DNA of 64,000 bases from Camelus dromedarius (GCF_036321535.1 NC_087436.1:75890001-75954000), one strand, 5' to 3'. Positions 28,431 through 43,800 are shown, counted from the first letter of the stretch. The notes: generated by a model from the sequence alone, not told the origin. Made by a program: numbers and translations.

Positions 28431-28440
28431 TTTTTATTTA
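28361..28440. repeat. (TTTA)n tetranucleotide microsatellite
   Basis: Directly visible long perfect tttatttattta tract. Confidence 0.95.
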
Positions 28441-28788
28441 AATTACCCTGGCTAGAGTCTCCTACACAACATTGAATAGAAATGGTAAAAACAGACATTG
28501 TTGTTCCTGATATCATGGGGAAAGTTTTCAGTCTTTCACCATTAGGTATGATGTTAGCTGTGGGTTTTTGGTAATTGCTCTTTATCACATGAGAAACTTT
28601 CCTTCTATTCCTGGTTTGTTGAGTACTGTTATCATGGAAGTGGTGGATTTTTTCAAATGTTTTTCTGTTTTTATTAAGATGGTCATGTGCTTTTATTCTT
28701 TATTCTGTTAATATGTTTTATTACATGCTTGATTTTCATATGTTGAGCCAACTCTGTGCACTCCTGGGGTAAATCCCACTTGGTCATA

Positions 28789-28789
<1 letters not shown>

Positions 28790-28826
<37 letters not shown>
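28790..28826. repeat. (TG)n microsatellite
   Basis: Directly visible. Confidence 0.95.
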
Positions 28827-28828
<2 letters not shown>

Positions 28829-30299
28829 ACATACATACATATATGTATATACATACTTTAAAAAAATTTTTTTTTTAGTATATTCCTGGATTTGGTCTGC
28901 TAGTATTTTGTCAAGGATTTTCACGTTTATATTCACAAGGGATGTTGGTCTGTAATTTCTTGTGAAGTGGTTGGGTTTTCACAGAATAGATTGAGAAGTG
29001 TTCCCTTCTCTTCTATTTTATGGAAGAGTTTGTGAAGGATTGGTGTTTAAGCATTTGATACAATTCACTAGTGAAGCCTGTTGGTCTTGGGCTTTTCTTG
29101 GAAGTTTTTTGATTACTAGTGCAATCTCTCTACTTGCTACAGGTTTATTTAAATTTTCTATTTATTTTTGTCTCAGTTTGGTAATTTGTATCTTTGTAGA
29201 AATTCATTGATTCCATCTAGGTTATCTAATTTGTTGACATAAAGTTGCTTTTTAATCCTTTTTATTTCTGTGATGTTGGTAATGGTATCTCTTCTTTATC
29301 CTTGATTTTAGTAATGTGTCTCTTCTGTTTCTTGGTCGGTTTAGCCAGATGTTACCAGTTTTGTTGATCTTTTTAAAGAAAAAAAATTGGTTTTGTTGTT
29401 TTCTCTATTAGCTTTTTATTTTCTAATTTATGTTTACTTTAATTTTATTATTTCCTTTTTTTTTCTTTGAGTATAATGTATTCACCTTTTCTAGATTTTA
29501 ACATGGGAAGTTAGGTTACTGATTTGAGCCCTCTCATCCTATTTGAATGTATCTGTTTACAGCTATGATTTTCTCTCCAAGAACTGCTTTAACTGCATCT
29601 TACAAGTTTTGGTATGATTTTTTTTTTTCATTTTCATTCACCTTGAAGTGTCTTCTCATTTCCCTTGTGATTCTTTCTTTGGTCCATTGGTTTTTTATGA
29701 GTGTGTTGTTTTATTTGTGAGTTATTTTTGTGTTTGATTTTTAATTTTAATCCATTGTAGTTGAAGAACATAGTTTGTATGATTTCAGTCTTTTAAAATA
29801 TATTGAGGCTTTTTTATGCTGTGGCATGTGGTCTATCCTGTAGAATGTTCCATAAGTACTTCATAAATGTGCTCTCTGCCATCGTTGAGGGGTGTATTCT
29901 ATAAATACCTTCTAGGTCCAGTTGGTTAATAGTATTTAAGTCTTATTTTCTTGTTGACCTTCTGCCTATTTTTCTATCCATTGCTGAAAGTGGAGTATTT
30001 AATTCTCCAACTTTTATTGCTTAAATATCTATTTCTCTTTTCATTTCTGTCAGTTTGTGCTTCATGTATTTTGGGGCTTTGCTTTTAAGTATATAAATGT
30101 TTATAATTATTAGATTTTTCTGATAAGTTGACTCTTTCATTATTATAAAATGCTTTTCCTTGTTTCTAGTAACTATTTGTCTTAAAGCCTACTTTATCTG
30201 ATATTAGTATAGCCGTTCTGGCACCTTATTTGGTTACTGTTTGTATGGTATGTATGTTACATTCTTTTACTTTCAACTTGTTTGTGTCTTTGAATCAAA

Positions 30300-31350
30300 A
30301 ATTTCAAAATGAAATGAAAACTGGACATTTTAAATAACAATGTGGTAACTCTGTAAATCAGAGTCTTCCACTTCCCAGGATTTGTTGTGGTGGTTTTATG
30401 TTTAGTCTTTCCTGGAGTGTTTTTTTTTTTTTTTTTTTCTTTCTTTAATGAATTGCCACTGAAGTCTCTGCTTAGTTAGGTTAGTGGTCAGCTAATGATA
30501 GAACAGATACTTCATTAAACACCTGGAATCAGTACGTCTTCCGGCTTTTGCCAATGGGCTCTCTGTGTGTGTTGTCAAGAATTCAGTTTCCTGATGCAGT
30601 TTATAATTCTGCTTTAGCCTGCACTTCTTCTGCAGAGCTTCAGTGTCACCTAGAGCTGAGAGGCTAGGCCTTCCCAGTGCTTCCCTGGGTGTGTCATTCT
30701 ACTCTGTACATGTGTGTGGTCTTCTGAGTTCCCAGGAATGTGTCAGAGCTTTTAAGTTTCCCTATAAAATCTCATTTCCAGTTTTTCTATGTAAATTTTT
30801 CTGGTCAACTTCTTATTGTCCTTAGCTTGTATCATTGCATAAGACAGCTGCATTGTTATTCAGTTGTTGCTGATTGTTAAAAAAAAAACAAACAGTCTAG
30901 TGATAGAGCTTTTTGCACAGTTTGAGTTATGAGTCAGGTCAGATAATGATAAGCCCTGAGAATAGAGCTTTTCCAGGGAGCTACTTGGCATGTCTAATAG
31001 TGACGAGTCAGGCTTTTTGGTAAGTCCAATCCTGTTTTGTTTCTTCCATTTTCTGCAAGGCTAGTAATTTTTGTAGTTACTGTGGTTGTGAGCTTTATCT
31101 TTTCAAGACTACCATGGAGCTGGGAGAGAATGATGAAAATAGGACAAGTTAAAATGTCACAAAGCTCACTGTTTCTACTGAGATTGTCATTTTTCTTGAA
31201 TAAAAGCTCCTTGAATTGTTGCAAGTCTTTGTTTAATTTCCAGAGTCGTGAAAAAATAGGTTTTGACAATTTTTCAAATTTTGCCAGTTTCTTATTGCTT
31301 TTTTGGAAGGACAGATTTTTGGCGTTCCTTGAATTTCTATTTTGGAGGTG
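30300..31350 (-). mobile_element. Old L1 5'-region-like relic
   Basis: Resembles ancient L1M 5' sequence and is contiguous with the L1 above; family uncertain. Confidence 0.45.
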
Positions 31351-32952
31351 CTCCACCTCCGATGTTTTTACACTTGTTTCCTACACCCCCCCCCACCCCC
31401 GCCCATGTCTTTACTTTACCTATTTGGAAACTCCTGTACATTCTTCTGGATTCAGCTCTTAGATTACTTCTTTAGTGACAACTTTTCTGATTTTTCTCCA
31501 TATACTACAACTTCTTTTTGGTTCCATGTACTTTGAACATAATTCTCTTACGCCACTTGTTATGATACTTTATTTGTTTTTACATACTTCCTGCTAGATT
31601 GTGGGGTATTTGAGACTACTTTGTAATCCCTAGTTCCTGAGAGTTGAAGAATGCCTGGAGATGATCTGTAATTGTTAACACAATTTTACAGATGAAATAG
31701 GCCTAGAGTAAGACAGTAAATACTTGACTAAATTTCTAAAACCCACTTTCTGCTAATCGTGCAGTACATAATCATTATACACTTAATTATTAATATTGTG
31801 TAGAATTGTAAAGCTGTGGTTATATGTATTGCTCAATATTTGCAGGTGAAAACACATATGCATATGAAAACACATACACAGAATTTCACACATACATATA
31901 TACAGGAGATGACAGATTCAAGGCTTGTTAATTTTAAACATGACAGGAACTTCTTTTTTCTTTCTGAACTTTATAAAAATAATTTAAAAAGTTGGTGTAT
32001 ATATATGTATCTAAGGTGATGAGTTTGATCTTTTTGATAAAAATTACACATAAATGAATATTTTTATCAAATAATCTCTATCAAGAAGGTCTATTTTTGT
32101 CCAGTAAGAAAGAAATTTCTTACATGTTTCAGAAGTCATTTAAGAAATTTCAGTACCATTTTATAAAATACATAAATTAACTTACTGACTTGTCTGGCTT
32201 CCACACAGTTTCCCCTGCCGCCGCCCCCAAATGTTGAAACCCATCAAAAGTTTTATCTCTCTTCAGTTAGTTGACTTGGTTAGGGACAGCTTATAACTAT
32301 TTTTGAACTTCTGTTCAGTCTCAGAAAGTGGGAAATTTCCCACATTATACTACTGAAAAGAATTTGTGATGGTCTCTGAAGTCTGTTTCAAACAGAAGTG
32401 TTAGAGAACTGTGTTAAATTTTGGCAGTCATGTGGAAAATCAATGTTAGTAATTTTGGTGATGATATTCATATGTAAGTCTCTGGGCATATAATGTCTAC
32501 ATATGCAAATATATAATTTCTTTTATTTAGTATAAACTGGATCCTAAAGTGATATATTAAGCATTATAGGGAACTATCTGTATGGTGTCAGCCCACTTTA
32601 TCTTGCTGTTATCTAACACTTAGAACACAGGAGTATCATAATGCTAAATCACTGATTTTTTGTTTGTTAAGTTTCTTTCTTGGAAACATTTTATATATGT
32701 GGTTCTCAGTCAATGAGAAATACATGATATTTGCATCCCTATGGAAATAATCTTACAGGTGAGGGCTAACTTCTAAGACTTGATCCAGCTGCTAAGGTAC
32801 TTGTTAACTGTTTAGGATTTGGCTTAACGGTAAACAAAAGGAATGCATCTCAATTTAGTGTACGAGAAAAGGAATTTTATCGGTTAAAAGACAGATACTT
32901 GGTGTCTTGAATGCAGCTGTACCTGAAGCCAACTAAGATTGTTATGTATAAA

Positions 32953-33303
32953 TAACTGTCTTTCGGTATCCACAAGGAATTGATTCCAGGCCCTCTCTGA
33001 GACATCAAAATGTGAGGATGCTCAAGTCCCTTATATAGAATTGGGTAGCATATACACATAAAATACATACATTGTCTTGCATACCTTGAGTCCTCTCTAG
33101 ATTACTTATAATACCTAATACAATCTAAATGCTATGTGAATAGTTGTAAATACAATGTAAATATTGTGTAGATAGATGCCTACTTGTGGCAAATTCAAAT
33201 TTTGCCTTTTGGAGCTTTCTGGAATTTTTCTTGGAGGGGGAGAAATGTTTTCATAGTTGGTTAATCTGCAACTGTGGAAGCCATGAATATGGAGTGCTTA
33301 CTG
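32953..33303. mobile_element. MER2-like Tigger MITE
   Basis: ggatgctcaagtcccttatata and ctctagattacttataatacctaataca cores, degenerate TIRs, terminal TA. Confidence 0.75.
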
Positions 33304-33349
33304 TAGTATGTTATATTTTAACAATCATATTAGTGTTTTTGTAAGCATT

Positions 33350-33503
33350 TAAAAATATTTTTATTGAAGTGTAGTCAGTTTACAATGTTGTGTCAATTTC
33401 TGGTGTACAGCACAATACTTCAGTCATTTAGGAACATACATATATTCATTTTCATATTCTTTTTAACCAGAAATTATTATAAGACACTGAATATAGTTCC
33501 CTG
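33350..33503 (-). mobile_element. 5'-truncated L1 3' end
   Basis: Similar to the young L1 tail; TSD ttgtaagcatt at 33339-33349 and 33504-33514. Confidence 0.8.
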
Positions 33504-33959
33504 TTGTAAGCATTCTTAATGCTTACACAATATGTCATCCCTTGTGACATTATTTACGTAATTATTTGCATGTTGCTGGAAATACATGTTTCTGCATCTT
33601 CACTAACAATTTCTTTATGGTAGAATTCTATAAATAACATCATGACAAAAAGGTTTTAAGGTTTTAAGTTTCTTGATATACGGTATATAATCTCTAAATA
33701 TGGTTATGGTGGAAATATTTTACTAATTTCCACATCCACTAAGAGCATATAAAAGATTATTGATTTTAGAACATCCTTGGTGACGAGTATAATGATGCTT
33801 TACTTTCAAATAATGAGATTTGGGGGGGGCAATTTTTTAGGTTGTAGGAATAAAACTATCCTCCTCCTTGTGGCTATAAATAACAATCGATAAAAAACTA
33901 AGGCATCAGTAAGGATAGCTCTTAAATGTATCTCTTTTACTTTGATCACTTCTGTAAAC

Positions 33960-35465
33960 TTTACACTTGGAAATCTAACTGCTAATTCCATATCTCCAAT
34001 TGAATGTCCAGTAGGCATCTCTAACTTAACATGCCCCAAACTGTGCTCTTGATTTTCTGCCCCAAACCTTCCCTGTTGTATGTCAAGAACTGTTATGATT
34101 TTGAGATTTTACACTACTTGTAAACTGACAAGTTAGCCTGTCTTAGTTTCCTAGATGCTGGCAGAAGACATGAGACAAAGTTTTTTATGAGAGCAATACC
34201 TGTAGCCAGAATATCAGTGTTTGCTCCACTGCCCGGAGCCTCAGTTCCCAGAGGGCAATGTGAAAGGGCCAGGTGATGCTCATACACGTAGTGGATGGTG
34301 TTATGGAGAGGAACTCTGAGCTTTGGGAACTAGAATCTTTTATAATGGGCATTAAGTCTGCTTCAAGGGAGATGGAGCAGATATTATCTTTATTATGTTG
34401 GGCAGCAAACAAACTGCCCCTTGCTCCAGAGGGATACTCACTCTATCTTCGAACACTGTTCACTATGCAGACAATATTGAAAAGATGGTCCAGAATAAAG
34501 GCGGCCAGTGCCTCTGCTTGCAAGATAGGCAGAAATATGAGAGATCCTTGTTGAGCTGTTTTCCAGCATGGTCTTCTCCATCTCAATTAATGTTGACTTC
34601 ATCTTTCCAGTTCCTCAGTCCAAAAACCTTGAAGTCATTTTTAGTTCCCTTTTTTGTCTCACATCCAGCATCGTCAAGAAATCTGGTCAGCTCTACCTTC
34701 AAAATATATCAAGAATTTTCTTATTTCTCACTATTCCCATTACACTGGCCAAAACCACTGTCCTTCAAGAGAATGATTGCAGTAGCCTACAAACTGGCTT
34801 CCCTACCTCTAATGTTGCCTGCCTTCACTCTGTCCCCAACACAGTAGCCAGAGTGGTCATATTAAAATATGAATCCAGTCTTGTCACTCCTGCTCATAAC
34901 CATCCTGTAGCTTCCTATTTTACTGAGAGCAAAAGGCAAGTTTTTACCCTCACGCATACATAAAACCCTGTATGATCTGGCTCCCTTTTAACCCTTTGGC
35001 CTCTTTTTCTATTATACCCCCATTTTTCATTCTGCTCCGGGCTTTCTGGTCTCTGCTGTTTTTCAAAAGTATCTGCCGCCAGGCCTTTGCATACCACCTC
35101 CTATCTACGTGGAAAGCACTTGTCCTGATACCTGTGTGGCTCATTCCCTCAATTCCCGTCTTTACTCAGGGTCACCCCAGGCCTTCCCTACACATCTAGA
35201 TTAACATTTTAACCAAATCCCTGCCCCCCAACACAATTTTCTAGTCTATCAGCCATCCCTACTTTAATTTTTTTCTCCTCATAGTGTATCACCTCATACA
35301 GTGGATATTTTACTTGTATATCTTGTTTCAGTCACTCTGGGATGTAACCTCACAAAAGACAATGGGGGTTCTCTGAATTCCTTATAGTTAATTGTGTTCT
35401 TACCACTTAGAATTGTGCTTGGCACCTTGTGAGCAGTTAATATGTATATTGCTGAATGAATGATT
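33960..35465 (+). mobile_element. L2 LINE 3' portion
   Basis: L2 hallmarks (atctctaacttaacatgccc, ggcttccctacctc, cagtagccagagtg) ending in tgaatgaatga. Confidence 0.75.
34081..34552 (-). mobile_element. Solo ERVL LTR, LTR40-like, nested in an L2
   Basis: tgtcaagaactg...gagattttacactacttg terminus and internal similarity to the recalled LTR40 consensus; splits an L2. Confidence 0.6.
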
Positions 35466-35849
35466 TAATGGTTTACATGGTAAAGAAGTGAAATTCTGTT
35501 TCTTAATCTGTATTGTATATTAAAAGAATGGTCAACACCAAGGGAAAATGATGAATCAGAGGTTAATTGCTTTTTATTCATAGAAGATCAATGTAGTAAT
35601 TGCAGTTTGTCAATTAGGATGACTTCTTGTAGAACCAGTTTATGAATGTTAAGTCATTCACTCAGCAAGTATTTGAGTGCTAGGCAAGGTAATAGGCATT
35701 GATGATACTGTGATAAGTGAGTTGTACATGGTCTTTGTCCTTATAGAGCTTACAACCTAGTCGAGGAGAGAGGCAGTGAATAAGTATAACAGGTATAAAC
35801 ATTGTGGTGGATAAATTTCCTGAAGTTCTTGTTGTAGGGGTTATTCCTA

Positions 35850-36100
35850 CACAGACCGGGGTAGGTAATTTACAAGAGTGGAGTGGGAGTTTGGGATTAA
35901 CAGACACACACTACTATATATAAAATAGGTAAAGAATAAGGACCTACTGTATAGCACAGGGAACTATAGTCAATTTTTTTGTAATGAGCTGTAATGGAAA
36001 AGAATATATATATATATAACTGAATCGCTTAGCTGTACACCAGAAACTAACATTGTAAATTAACTACAATTCAATTAAAAAGATAAGAATTAAAAAAAAA
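35850..36100 (+). mobile_element. 5'-truncated L1 3' end, sense
   Basis: gacctactgtatagcacagggaactata...ctgtacaccagaaactaac then A tail. Confidence 0.8.
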
Positions 36101-37844
36101 TAGTGAAGTGGGCCAGTGAATCATTGAAACTGTCAAGAATAGAGGGAGCTGTGATGAACTGCAGAGCACATGCCCTGTGTAAAGGGGACGGCAGCTGACA
36201 TCTCCATCTGATTGATGTCATATAGGAATGAGGACTCTCTGTTTCCTTATTTTCAAGTTTTTTTTTTAAGAGAAACTTAAAAATCTAGATTGTCATTTGA
36301 AATATACCAGTCTTCTAAGGTGCTGTGCTGTCCAAATCAAACATGGTTTTGACCTACAGGGCTCTTCTGTGTAAGGAATACTGCTTACTAAGTAAGATTC
36401 CACCAAGAAGAAACCTCTAGGGGAGAGGGGGCATTATTCTTTCTTGATTATCCCATTTTTCTTTTGTTCCTCCACAATTGTAATGTTATTCCCAGACCCT
36501 TCATAGACTTTTCCTCTGGCATTACAAAGACAGGTGTGAATGTAGAAATCATTAGAACATGAGATTTATGAGAAAAAAAAAAACAATCATCTTATCAGCT
36601 TTCTGTAACTGGACTAGGTGCTTGCCTTCTTTCTCCATGTTTAGTTTATTCCTCATCTATAGAATGGCAATAGCATTAAATTGCTGTTGATATTAAGTTG
36701 CCTCATGATGCTGTGAGAACTGAATAAGCTAATGTTCTTAGCAATGCTTTGTATATAGTCAGAGCTGTATGAATGTTGTGCTCTTGCCATTTTGTTTCCA
36801 GCTCCCCCTCCTCTTGTTCCCCACCCAGATGTACCTGACTAAGCCTTATACTAGATGGCACACACTGATACAAGTAACTTTGCATGAATTTAAGTTAGTA
36901 ATCCTTTCTAGAGATATTTTTACTTTAAAAAAAGAAACGTCTGGAGTCTGCCTTAACCTAGAGTAATGAAACTTTGTTGTCTCACAGGCCAGTGGTCATT
37001 GGATAGGAGGAGCTTTCCTCTGGCTCAAATCCCACAGCCAAATAAGTACCTGTTCCACTTATATACTTTTGAAGATACTTTTCAAATGACTTTGTTTTCT
37101 TTGGCAATGGTTGAAACCAGAAGTTGCTGACAACTTAGTATTTCCTCTATCTTGTTGATTTGCGTATCTGATACTATATACAGTAGAGAAACATTAAGTG
37201 CTTGTTGTGTGTTGGGATGTTGGAGCAGTAGGTCTCTAGGATACCATAAACATTTTTTCTGGGCAAGGGACTAATGGTGTCTTTGGGGAAGTTGTGAGTC
37301 TGGATAATCAGCAACATTGTCGTTCTTGCAGAATAATTCTCAGTGATGGTGGTGGGTTGTTGGATGGCAGGAGAGAGAGGAATTACCTGGGGAAAATATC
37401 TTGGGTCTCTTGTTCTTTTTCTTCCAACTTTATTATGAAAATTTTCAAAATGTACAGACAGTTTGAAGGAGTAGTACGGTGAATAACCATATCCCTTCGT
37501 CTAGATTCAGCTACTAATAACATTTTACCATTTTTTCTTTATAGATTTTTAAAAAATGTGTAATTTTGAATCAAGATTGTATTAGAATTATTGTTCATTT
37601 TCTTAGATGGGACAGAAGTACTGTGGTTATACAGAGTAATATGTGCATTTTAAGAATGTATATGTGTTTAAATACATATGAAATATTAATAAGTAAGATT
37701 ACATTAATCTACAACTTATTTTCAGATAGTTCACCACCACAAAGAACATGTATGGTTTCTTTTGAAACTGAAATTTAATCAAAGATTATGTGTTGAATTT
37801 GGTTGTAATGTCTTTTAAAATCCAGAATAACCCATCTCCCATTA

Positions 37845-40800
37845 TTTAAATATTTTAATTTATTTAAACTAAAAAGACAAAAACATTTCACCCATTTCTT
37901 TCAACCCACAAACCTCCATTTGTGGCAAACTACTAGTCTGTTCTCTATATGAGCTTAGTTTTTTTCACATTTAATTTTTAAAAAATATTTTTAGATTCCA
38001 CAGAGAAGAGAGATCATATGGTATTTGTCTTTCTCTATGTGACTTATCTCACTTAGCATAAATGCCCTCAAGGTTCATCTATGCTATTGTAAATGGCTAG
38101 ATTCCTTTTTATGACTGAATAATATTCCATTGTATGTATGTATGTGTATGTGTATATACATACATACAAACTACAGTTTTTTAATTTGTTCATCCATCAG
38201 TGGCCACTTAAGTTGTTTCCGTATCTTGGCTATTGTAAATAATGCTACAATGAATATAAGAGTGCATGTATCTTTTCAAATTAGTCTTTTTATTTTCTGC
38301 AGATAAATATTCAGAAATAGAATTGCTGAATCGTATTTTAGGTAGGTCTATTTTTAAGTTTTTGAGGACCTGCCATACTGTTGTTTATAGTAGTTGCCCC
38401 CAGTTTTCATTCCAATAGTGCACAAGGGTCGTCTTTTAGCTACATCATCTCCAACACTTGCTATTTCTAGTCTTTTTGATAATAGTCATTCTGACAGGTG
38501 TGAGGTGATCTCTAATTGTGGTTTTGATTTGCATTTCCCTGATGATTAATGATGTAGAGCATCTTTTCATGTACCTATTGTCCATCTGTATGTCTTCATT
38601 AGAAAAATGTCTCTTCATATTTTCTGCTCATTTTAAAAATCAGAATTTTTTTTTTTTTGCTGTTGAATTGTATGAGTTCTTTATATATTTTAGACCTTGG
38701 TTTCTTATCAAATATATGATTTGCAAATACTTTCTCCCATTCAGTATGTTTCCTTTTCATTTTGTTGATGATATCCTTTGCTATGAGAACTTTTAGTGTA
38801 ATGTAGCCCCACTTGTTTAGTTTTGCTTTTGTTGCTTTTGCTTTTGGAGTCAGGTTCAAAAATTATTGTCAAGACCTACGTCAAGGAGCTTACTGCTTGT
38901 GTTTTCTTCTAGGAGTTTTATGGTTTCAGATCTTACAGTAAAGTTTTTAATCCATTTTGAGTTAATCTTTGTGTGTGGTGTAAGATAGGGGTCCAGTTAC
39001 ATTCTTTTGCATGTGACTGTTTAATTTTCCTAGCACCATTTATTGAAGAGATTATCTTTTCCCCATTGTATATTCTTGTTTCCTTTCTCATAAATTAATT
39101 GACTGTGTATGTCTGGGTTTATTTAATTTGGGGCTCTCTGTTGTGTTCCATTGTTTCATCTGTCTTGTTTTTCTGCAGTACCATACTCTTAATTACTATA
39201 GCCTTGTAAGATTGTTTGAAACCATGGAGTGTGATGCTTCCAACTTTGTTCTTTTTTCTCAAGATTGCTTTGGCTATTTGTGGTCTTTTATACAAATTTT
39301 AGAATTTTTGGTTCTACTTTTGTGAAAAATGCCATTGGAATTGATAGAGATTGTATTGAATCTGTGTGTTGCTTTGGGTAGTATGGACATTTTAACTATA
39401 TTCATTCTTCTAATTCATGAGCATGGAATATCTTTCCATCTATTTGCATCTTCTTCAATTTATTTTATTAGTGTCTTGTAGCTTTCAATATACAAACCTT
39501 TCACCTTTTTGGCTAAATTTATTCCTAGGTATTTTATTCTTTTTGATGCAATTGTAAATGAGATTATTTTCTTAATTTCTCTTTTGATAATTCATTATTA
39601 GTGTATAGAAATGCAGTAGATGTTTATGTATTGATTTTGTATCCTGCAACTTTACTGAATTCATTTATTAGTTCTAATAGTTAATGGAGTCTTTAGGGTT
39701 TTCTATATTTAATATCATATCATCTGTGAATAGTGACAGTTTTCCTTCTTTCTTTCCAATTTGGATGCTTTTAATTTTGTTTTCCTTGCCTAATTGCTTT
39801 GGCTAGAACTTCTAATACTATGCTGAATAAAAGTTGTGAGGGGGCATCCTTGTTTTATTCCTGATCCTAGTGGAAGAGCTTTCAGCTTTTCACTTTTGAC
39901 TACAATGTTAGCTGTGGGCTTGTTGTATATGGCCTTTATTAGGCTGAGGTACATTGCCTCTATACCTGCTTTGTTGAGAGCTTTTATTATAGATGGATGT
40001 TGAAGTTTGTCAAATTTTTTCCTGCATCTATTGAGATGATCATATGATTTTTATCCTTCATGTTGTTAATGCTGTATCACATTGACTGATTTGTGGGTGT
40101 AGAACTGTCCTTGCATCTGTGGCATAAATTCCACTTCATCAGTGGTTTATTATCCTTTTAATGTGCTGTTGAATTCAGTTTGCTAATGTTTTGTTGGTTG
40201 AGGATTCTTGCATTTGTATGCATCCAGGGATATTGGCCTGTAATTTTCTTGTAATATTCTTGTGAGGTTTTGGTATCAGGGTAATTCTGTCCTTGTAAAA
40301 TGAGTTTGGAAGAGTTACCTCCCCATCTATTCTTTTTGAAAAGCTTGGAAAGGATTGATACTAACTTTACTTCGAATGTTTGGTAGAATTCACCCATGAA
40401 GCTGTCTGGTCTTGGACTTTTGTGGAGAGGTTTTTGATTACTGATTCAGTCTCCTTACTAGTAATTGGTCTGTTCTGGTTGTCTGTTTCATCTTGATTCA
40501 GTCCTAGTAGATTTTATATTTCTAGGAGTTTTTCTCATTTCTTCTGGGTTTTTCACTTGGTTAGTAGTCTCTTAAGATCCTTTGCATTTCTGTGGTATCA
40601 GTTGTAATATCTTCTCTTTCATTTCCAATTGAGTCCTCTGCCTTTTTTTTTTTTTTCCTTGTCAGTGTTGCTTATCTTTTCAAAGAACCATATCTTAGTT
40701 TTATTGATCTTTTGTATTTACTTTTTAGTCTCTATCTCATTTATTTCTTCTCTAGTCTCTGTTATTTCCTTCCTTCTAACTTTAGGCTTTGTTCTTTTTG

Positions 40801-43800
40801 TAGTTCCTTGAGGTGTAAAGTTAGGTTGTTTATTTGAGACTTTTCCTGTTTCTTGAGTTAGACACTTATCACTGTGAACTTCCCTCTTAGAATTACATTT
40901 GCTTCATCTCATAAATTTTGGCATATTACATTTAATTTTCATTTGTCTCAAGGTATACTTCTTGATTTCTTCTTTAACACATTGATTGTTCAGTAGCATA
41001 TTCTTTAATGTCCACATATTTTTGAATTTTTCAGTTTCCATTATATAATTAATTTCTAGTTTCATACTATTGTGGTCAGAAAAGATGCTCGATGTGATTT
41101 CAGTTCTCTTAAATTTATTTAGACTCTTTTGTGGCCTAACATATGATCTATCTTGGAAAATATTCCATATGCACTTGAGAAGAATGTGTCTTCTATTGCT
41201 TTTGGATGGAGTGGTCTATAAATATTTGTTAAGTCCATCTGGTCTAATGTATCATTTAAGGCTTATGTTTTCTTGTTGATTTTCTTTCTGAATATCTATC
41301 TATTAATGTAAGTCGGGTATTAAAATTCCCTAGTATTACTGTATTGCTGTCTATTTCTCCTTTTAGTTCTGTTAATATTTGCTCTATATATTTAGGTGCT
41401 CTTATGTTGTGTACATATATATTTACAAATGTTACATCCTCTTTATGGATTGATTTCTCTATCATGTAACATCCTTGTCTCTTACTATATAGTCTTCATT
41501 TTAAATCTGTTTTGTCTGATATATGTGTAGCTACTTAAGCTTTATTTTGATTTTCATTTGCATAGAGTATTTTTTTAATCCCTTTGCTTTCAGTCTGTAT
41601 GTGCTTTACATATAAAGTCTTTTGTAGACAGTATATAGATTGGTTTTTAAAAAATCGTATTCAACCACTCTGTCTTTTGATTGGAGAATTTACTCTATTT
41701 ACATTTAATGTAACTATAAATAGGTATGTGCTTATTTCCATTTTACTAATTTTTTTCTGCATTTTTTTGTTCTTTGTTTCTTTTTTGCTCTCTTTTGTGG
41801 TTTGATGGCTTTCTCTGATGTTTGCTTGTGTTCTTTTCTCTTTATCTTTGTATGCTTACTATAGGCATACTTTGTTTTATTGTGCTTCCCTTTATTGCAT
41901 TTTTACAAATACTGAATTTTTACAAATGAAAGGTTTGTGGCAACTTTACCTTGAGTAAGTCTGTCAGCACCATTTTTCCAACAGTATTTGCTCACTTTGT
42001 CACATTTTGGTAATTCTTGCAATATTTTAAACTTTTTCATTATTATTATATTCATGGTGATCTGTAATCAATTATCTTTGCTGTTACTACTAAGACTCAC
42101 TGAAAGCTTAAGTGATGGGTAGCATTTTTTGTAATAAAGTATTTTTAAATTAAGGTATGCACATTGGTGTTTTTTAAAGACCTAATACTATTGCACAATT
42201 AATAGACTTCAGTTTAGTGTAAAGGTAACTTTTATATATAGTAGAAAACCAGAAAATTCCTGGCTTGCTTTATTGAAATATGCCTTATTATATTTATTTA
42301 TTATAGTGGTTGGGAACTGAACCTATGATATCTCTGAGTTTGCCCATAGAGGTTTTTGCTTTATGGATACCATGAGCCTTACACATAAAAGTGTATCTGT
42401 AACAGTCTATTTTAAGTTGATAGCAACTTACGTTTGTTACTGTTGTAAAGATCAACACTATTACTCTCTCTCCTTCACATTTTATATTTTTAATGTCACA
42501 TTTTACATCCTTTAATCTTGTTATCCCTTAACTGTTATAATCATAGTTCTTTTTACTACTTTTGCTTTTAACCTTCACATTAGTTTATAAATGATTAATC
42601 CCTACTTTTGCTGTATATTTATCTTTCCAGTGAGATTTGTTCATTCATCTGTGTTCTTGCTACTAATTACTACCTTTTCTTTTTACTGCTTAAGGAAGTC
42701 CCCTTAACAAATTTCTTCTAAGACCTGTTTAGTGGTAATGGACATCTTTAGCTTTTGCTTGTCTCTTTCTCTCTCCTTCACTTCTGAGTGAAAACTTTGC
42801 CTGGTGCAGTATTCTTGGTTGAAAGTTTTGTCCTTTCAGCACTTTGAATGTATCATGACACTCCCTTCTGGCCTGCAAAGTCTTTCCTAAAAATATCTGC
42901 TTATAGTCTTATGGGATTCCCTTGTATGTAACAGGTTGTTTTTCTCTTGATGCTTTAATGTTTTCTGCTTGTCTTTAACTTTTGACATTTTAACTATAAT
43001 GTCAAAAATATAATGTCTTGATGTGGGTCTCTTTAGATTCCTCTTAATTGGAGCTTTTTGGGCTTCCTGGATCTCGAGGTCTGTTTAATTACTCAAGTTA
43101 AGGAAATTTTCAGCTGTTATTTCTTCAAATAAGATTTATTTCCTTTTCTCTCTTCTCCTTCTGGGAGCCCTGCATTGTTAATATTTGTCTGTTCAATATT
43201 GTTAGATAAGCCCCTTAAACTGTCTTCACTCTTCTTCATTCTTTTTTCTTTTTGCTGCTCTGATTGGTTGAGTTCCACTGGCTTGTCTTTGAGTTCACTG
43301 ATTCTTTTTTCTGCTTCATCTAGTTTGCTGTTTAGTCCCTCCAGTGTATTTTTCAGTCAAGTTATTTTATTCTTCAGCTCTGTGATGTCTATTTGGTATT
43401 TTCTGATGTTTTTCCCTTTCTTTGTTGAAATTCTCACTGTTCATCTGTTCTAATCCTCAGTTTGCTGAGCATCTTTATGATCATTACTTTGAATTCTTTT
43501 ATCAGATAAATTACTTCTCTCTCTTTCAGTAAGGTTGTGTTTCTGAGGTTTTATCTTATTCTTTCATTTGGAACATAGTCCTCTGTTTCTTTGTTTTGCT
43601 TAACTCTCTGGGTTGGTTTCTACACATAGATGAAATGACTGCTTCTCTCAGTTTTGAAGGAGTGGCCTTATGTAGGAGATGACCTTGTTGTTCAACCCTG
43701 CCTCAGCCTGTGGTTGTCTCTCAAACTCGGTGCTTGTCCAAATAGCCTATTACATTTTTATTGCTCCTAGGTTTGTTTATGTGCCAAGACCTGTCAAGGT

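Larger units (their letters stand above)
25880..30300 (-). mobile_element. Old L1 (3'UTR plus most of ORF2), antisense
   Basis: [26 protein letters not shown] fragment at 27337-27618; L1-like sequence throughout; ends approximate. Confidence 0.85.

Noticed and set aside
30994..31536. Cluster of 64-141 aa ORFs
   Set aside because: Lie in degenerate repeat-derived sequence with no splice or domain support
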